In this document: piece by piece, positions 63,221-64,000 of the stretch
Position numbering within the stretch: the stretch's first letter is position 1
Layout: each line of letters begins with the position of its first letter
From: Candidatus Sulfotelmatobacter sp.
GTDB lineage: Bacteria > Acidobacteriota > Terriglobia > Terriglobales > Acidobacteriaceae
Assembly: GCA_049519055.1 (NCBI GenBank)
Contig: JBEKRE010000007.1
Location: 21,339-85,338 of the forward strand
DNA: 64,000 nucleotides
Direction: 5' to 3'
Program-made: the position numbers and the translations under genes
Notes under the pieces: model-generated
Databases searched by the model: none
What the model was told of the DNA's origin: nothing
The model's input: only the letters and a program-made list of their open reading frames with translations

Positions 63221-64000
63221 ATGCAATCGACGTTCGATGAGCGGAGTTGGCTAGCCTGGTTGGTAAAAGCGCGCATTCTGATCCTCACCTTTCTGCTCGC
63301 CATCCAGCTGGCCGTGGCCCACCTTGCACCCGCTTCACTGCCTCTGCGTCTTTTCTTAAGCACGATCGCTCTGTGGTTCGGCCTATCGATCTTCTGTGCC
63401 CTGTTGCTTTCCTTCTGGCAAGAGCACCGTTTGCAGGCTCTGTTACAGGTCCTGACCGACCTGGTTTTCGTCAGCCTGATCGTGCATCAGACCGGAGGCT
63501 GGGACAGTTCCCTGAATTTTCTCTATCCACTGGTCATTATCGTAGCCAGCATCCTCCTTCCCCGGGTTTGGGCGCAACTGGTCGCTGCCCTAGCATTCAT
63601 TCTTTACGGAACTGTAATTGAACTCAACTACTACGGTGTCGTGACGTCCTACTGCACGACTCATCCAGAACTGAAAACGCTGCAGGCAATCATTTTCGTA
63701 AACCTGTTTGCCTATTTGGCGGTCGCCTACCTCGCTGGCCTGCTGACTACCAAGTTGCGTCAGGCGCGGGTGCAATTGAAACACGCCAGTGGCGCTCTGG
63801 AGAACCTTCAGATTCTCCATGAAAATATTATTCAATCCATCAGCAGCGGATTGATCACTACCGGTCTCGATGGCCACATCACCCTCGCGAACAGCGCGGC
63901 GCTGAAACTTATCGAGCGTACGCCGGGTCAGTTGTTGGGAACGCCGGTCAGTAAATTATTTCTGGACGCGCTACCAAACGCGGAATCACAGGAACACGCC
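63221..64000 (+). CDS. membrane sensor histidine kinase, PilS-like, N-terminal 260 aa (continues past the window end)
   Basis: It is not in the ORF track because no stop is reached. My hand translation from ATG 63221 is open to 64000. It shows about 6 TM helices ('...GGWDSSLNFLYPLVII...'), then a coiled linker and a PAS-like start ('ENIIQSISSGLITTGLDGHITLAN'). Its position after pilBTC fits pilS. Confidence 0.6.
   Translation, partial: MQSTFDERSWLAWLVKARILILTFLLAIQLAVAHLAPASLPLRLFLSTIALWFGLSIFCALLLSFWQEHRLQALLQVLTDLVFVSLIVHQTGGWDSSLNFLYPLVIIVASILLPRVWAQLVAALAFILYGTVIELNYYGVVTSYCTTHPELKTLQAIIFVNLFAYLAVAYLAGLLTTKLRQARVQLKHASGALENLQILHENIIQSISSGLITTGLDGHITLANSAALKLIERTPGQLLGTPVSKLFLDALPNAESQEHA

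Noticed and set aside
1-64000. I looked across the whole window for tRNA/rRNA genes, CRISPR repeat arrays, transposases or integrases, phage genes, toxin-antitoxin pairs, and known defence-system signatures such as reverse transcriptases, nucleases with ATPases and SIR2/TIR-like motifs.
   Set aside because: I recognised none. There are no T-loop GGTTCGAATCC-type sequences, no regularly spaced 25-40-nt repeats and no DDE or tyrosine-recombinase motifs. Scanning by eye can miss divergent examples.

Overview
The window reads as a moderately GC-rich chromosomal segment. Its gene content suggests an Acidobacteriota (Terriglobia-like) genome: many FG-GAP/UnbV_ASPIC proteins, MacB/FtsX-type permeases without ATPases, and CarboxypepD_reg proteins. 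That taxon call is inference only. I support about 52 protein-coding genes, 2 decayed gene relics, and a few terminators and candidate operator or repeat sites. I found no tRNA, rRNA, CRISPR array, transposase, integrase or phage genes. All family calls come from motifs I can read in the supplied translations; no searches were run. Gene order, start to end: (1) an amidase 3' end; (2) a three-gene module of unknown function, made of a membrane-anchored 5x CXXCH cytochrome-TPR fusion plus two secreted seven-repeat FG-GAP/UnbV_ASPIC proteins; (3) an APC permease, a VOC protein and a GH2 glycosidase; (4) a PpiD-like chaperone and malQ; (5) a NitT/TauT-type ABC pair without a binding protein; (6) an OlsF-like fused O-/N-acyltransferase; (7) hemerythrin, HAD and hbd; (8) a MidA-like methyltransferase; (9) two orphan MacB-type permeases; (10) a Zn-ribbon ORF divergent from a Nudix gene; (11) an M1-peptidase homologue lacking the HEXXH site; (12) lpxB and an msbA-like gene; (13) hemW; (14) acyl-CoA dehydrogenase, meaB and methylmalonyl-CoA epimerase; (15) tsaB-rimI; (16) psd, pssA, an Asd-like gene, lptE and holA; (17) rpsT; (18) phoH-ybeY-corC-era; (19) an RsbW-like kinase; (20) an NtrY/NtrX-like pair; (21) an endonuclease III-like gene; (22) pilB-pilT-pilC and the start of a PilS-like kinase. 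I see no clear-cut novel defence or mobile system. The most interesting candidates are the cytochrome/FG-GAP module, an Asd-derived apparent pseudoenzyme translationally coupled between phospholipid and LPS-assembly genes, a structured 240-nt leader before the orphan permeases, and the catalytically dead M1 homologue.
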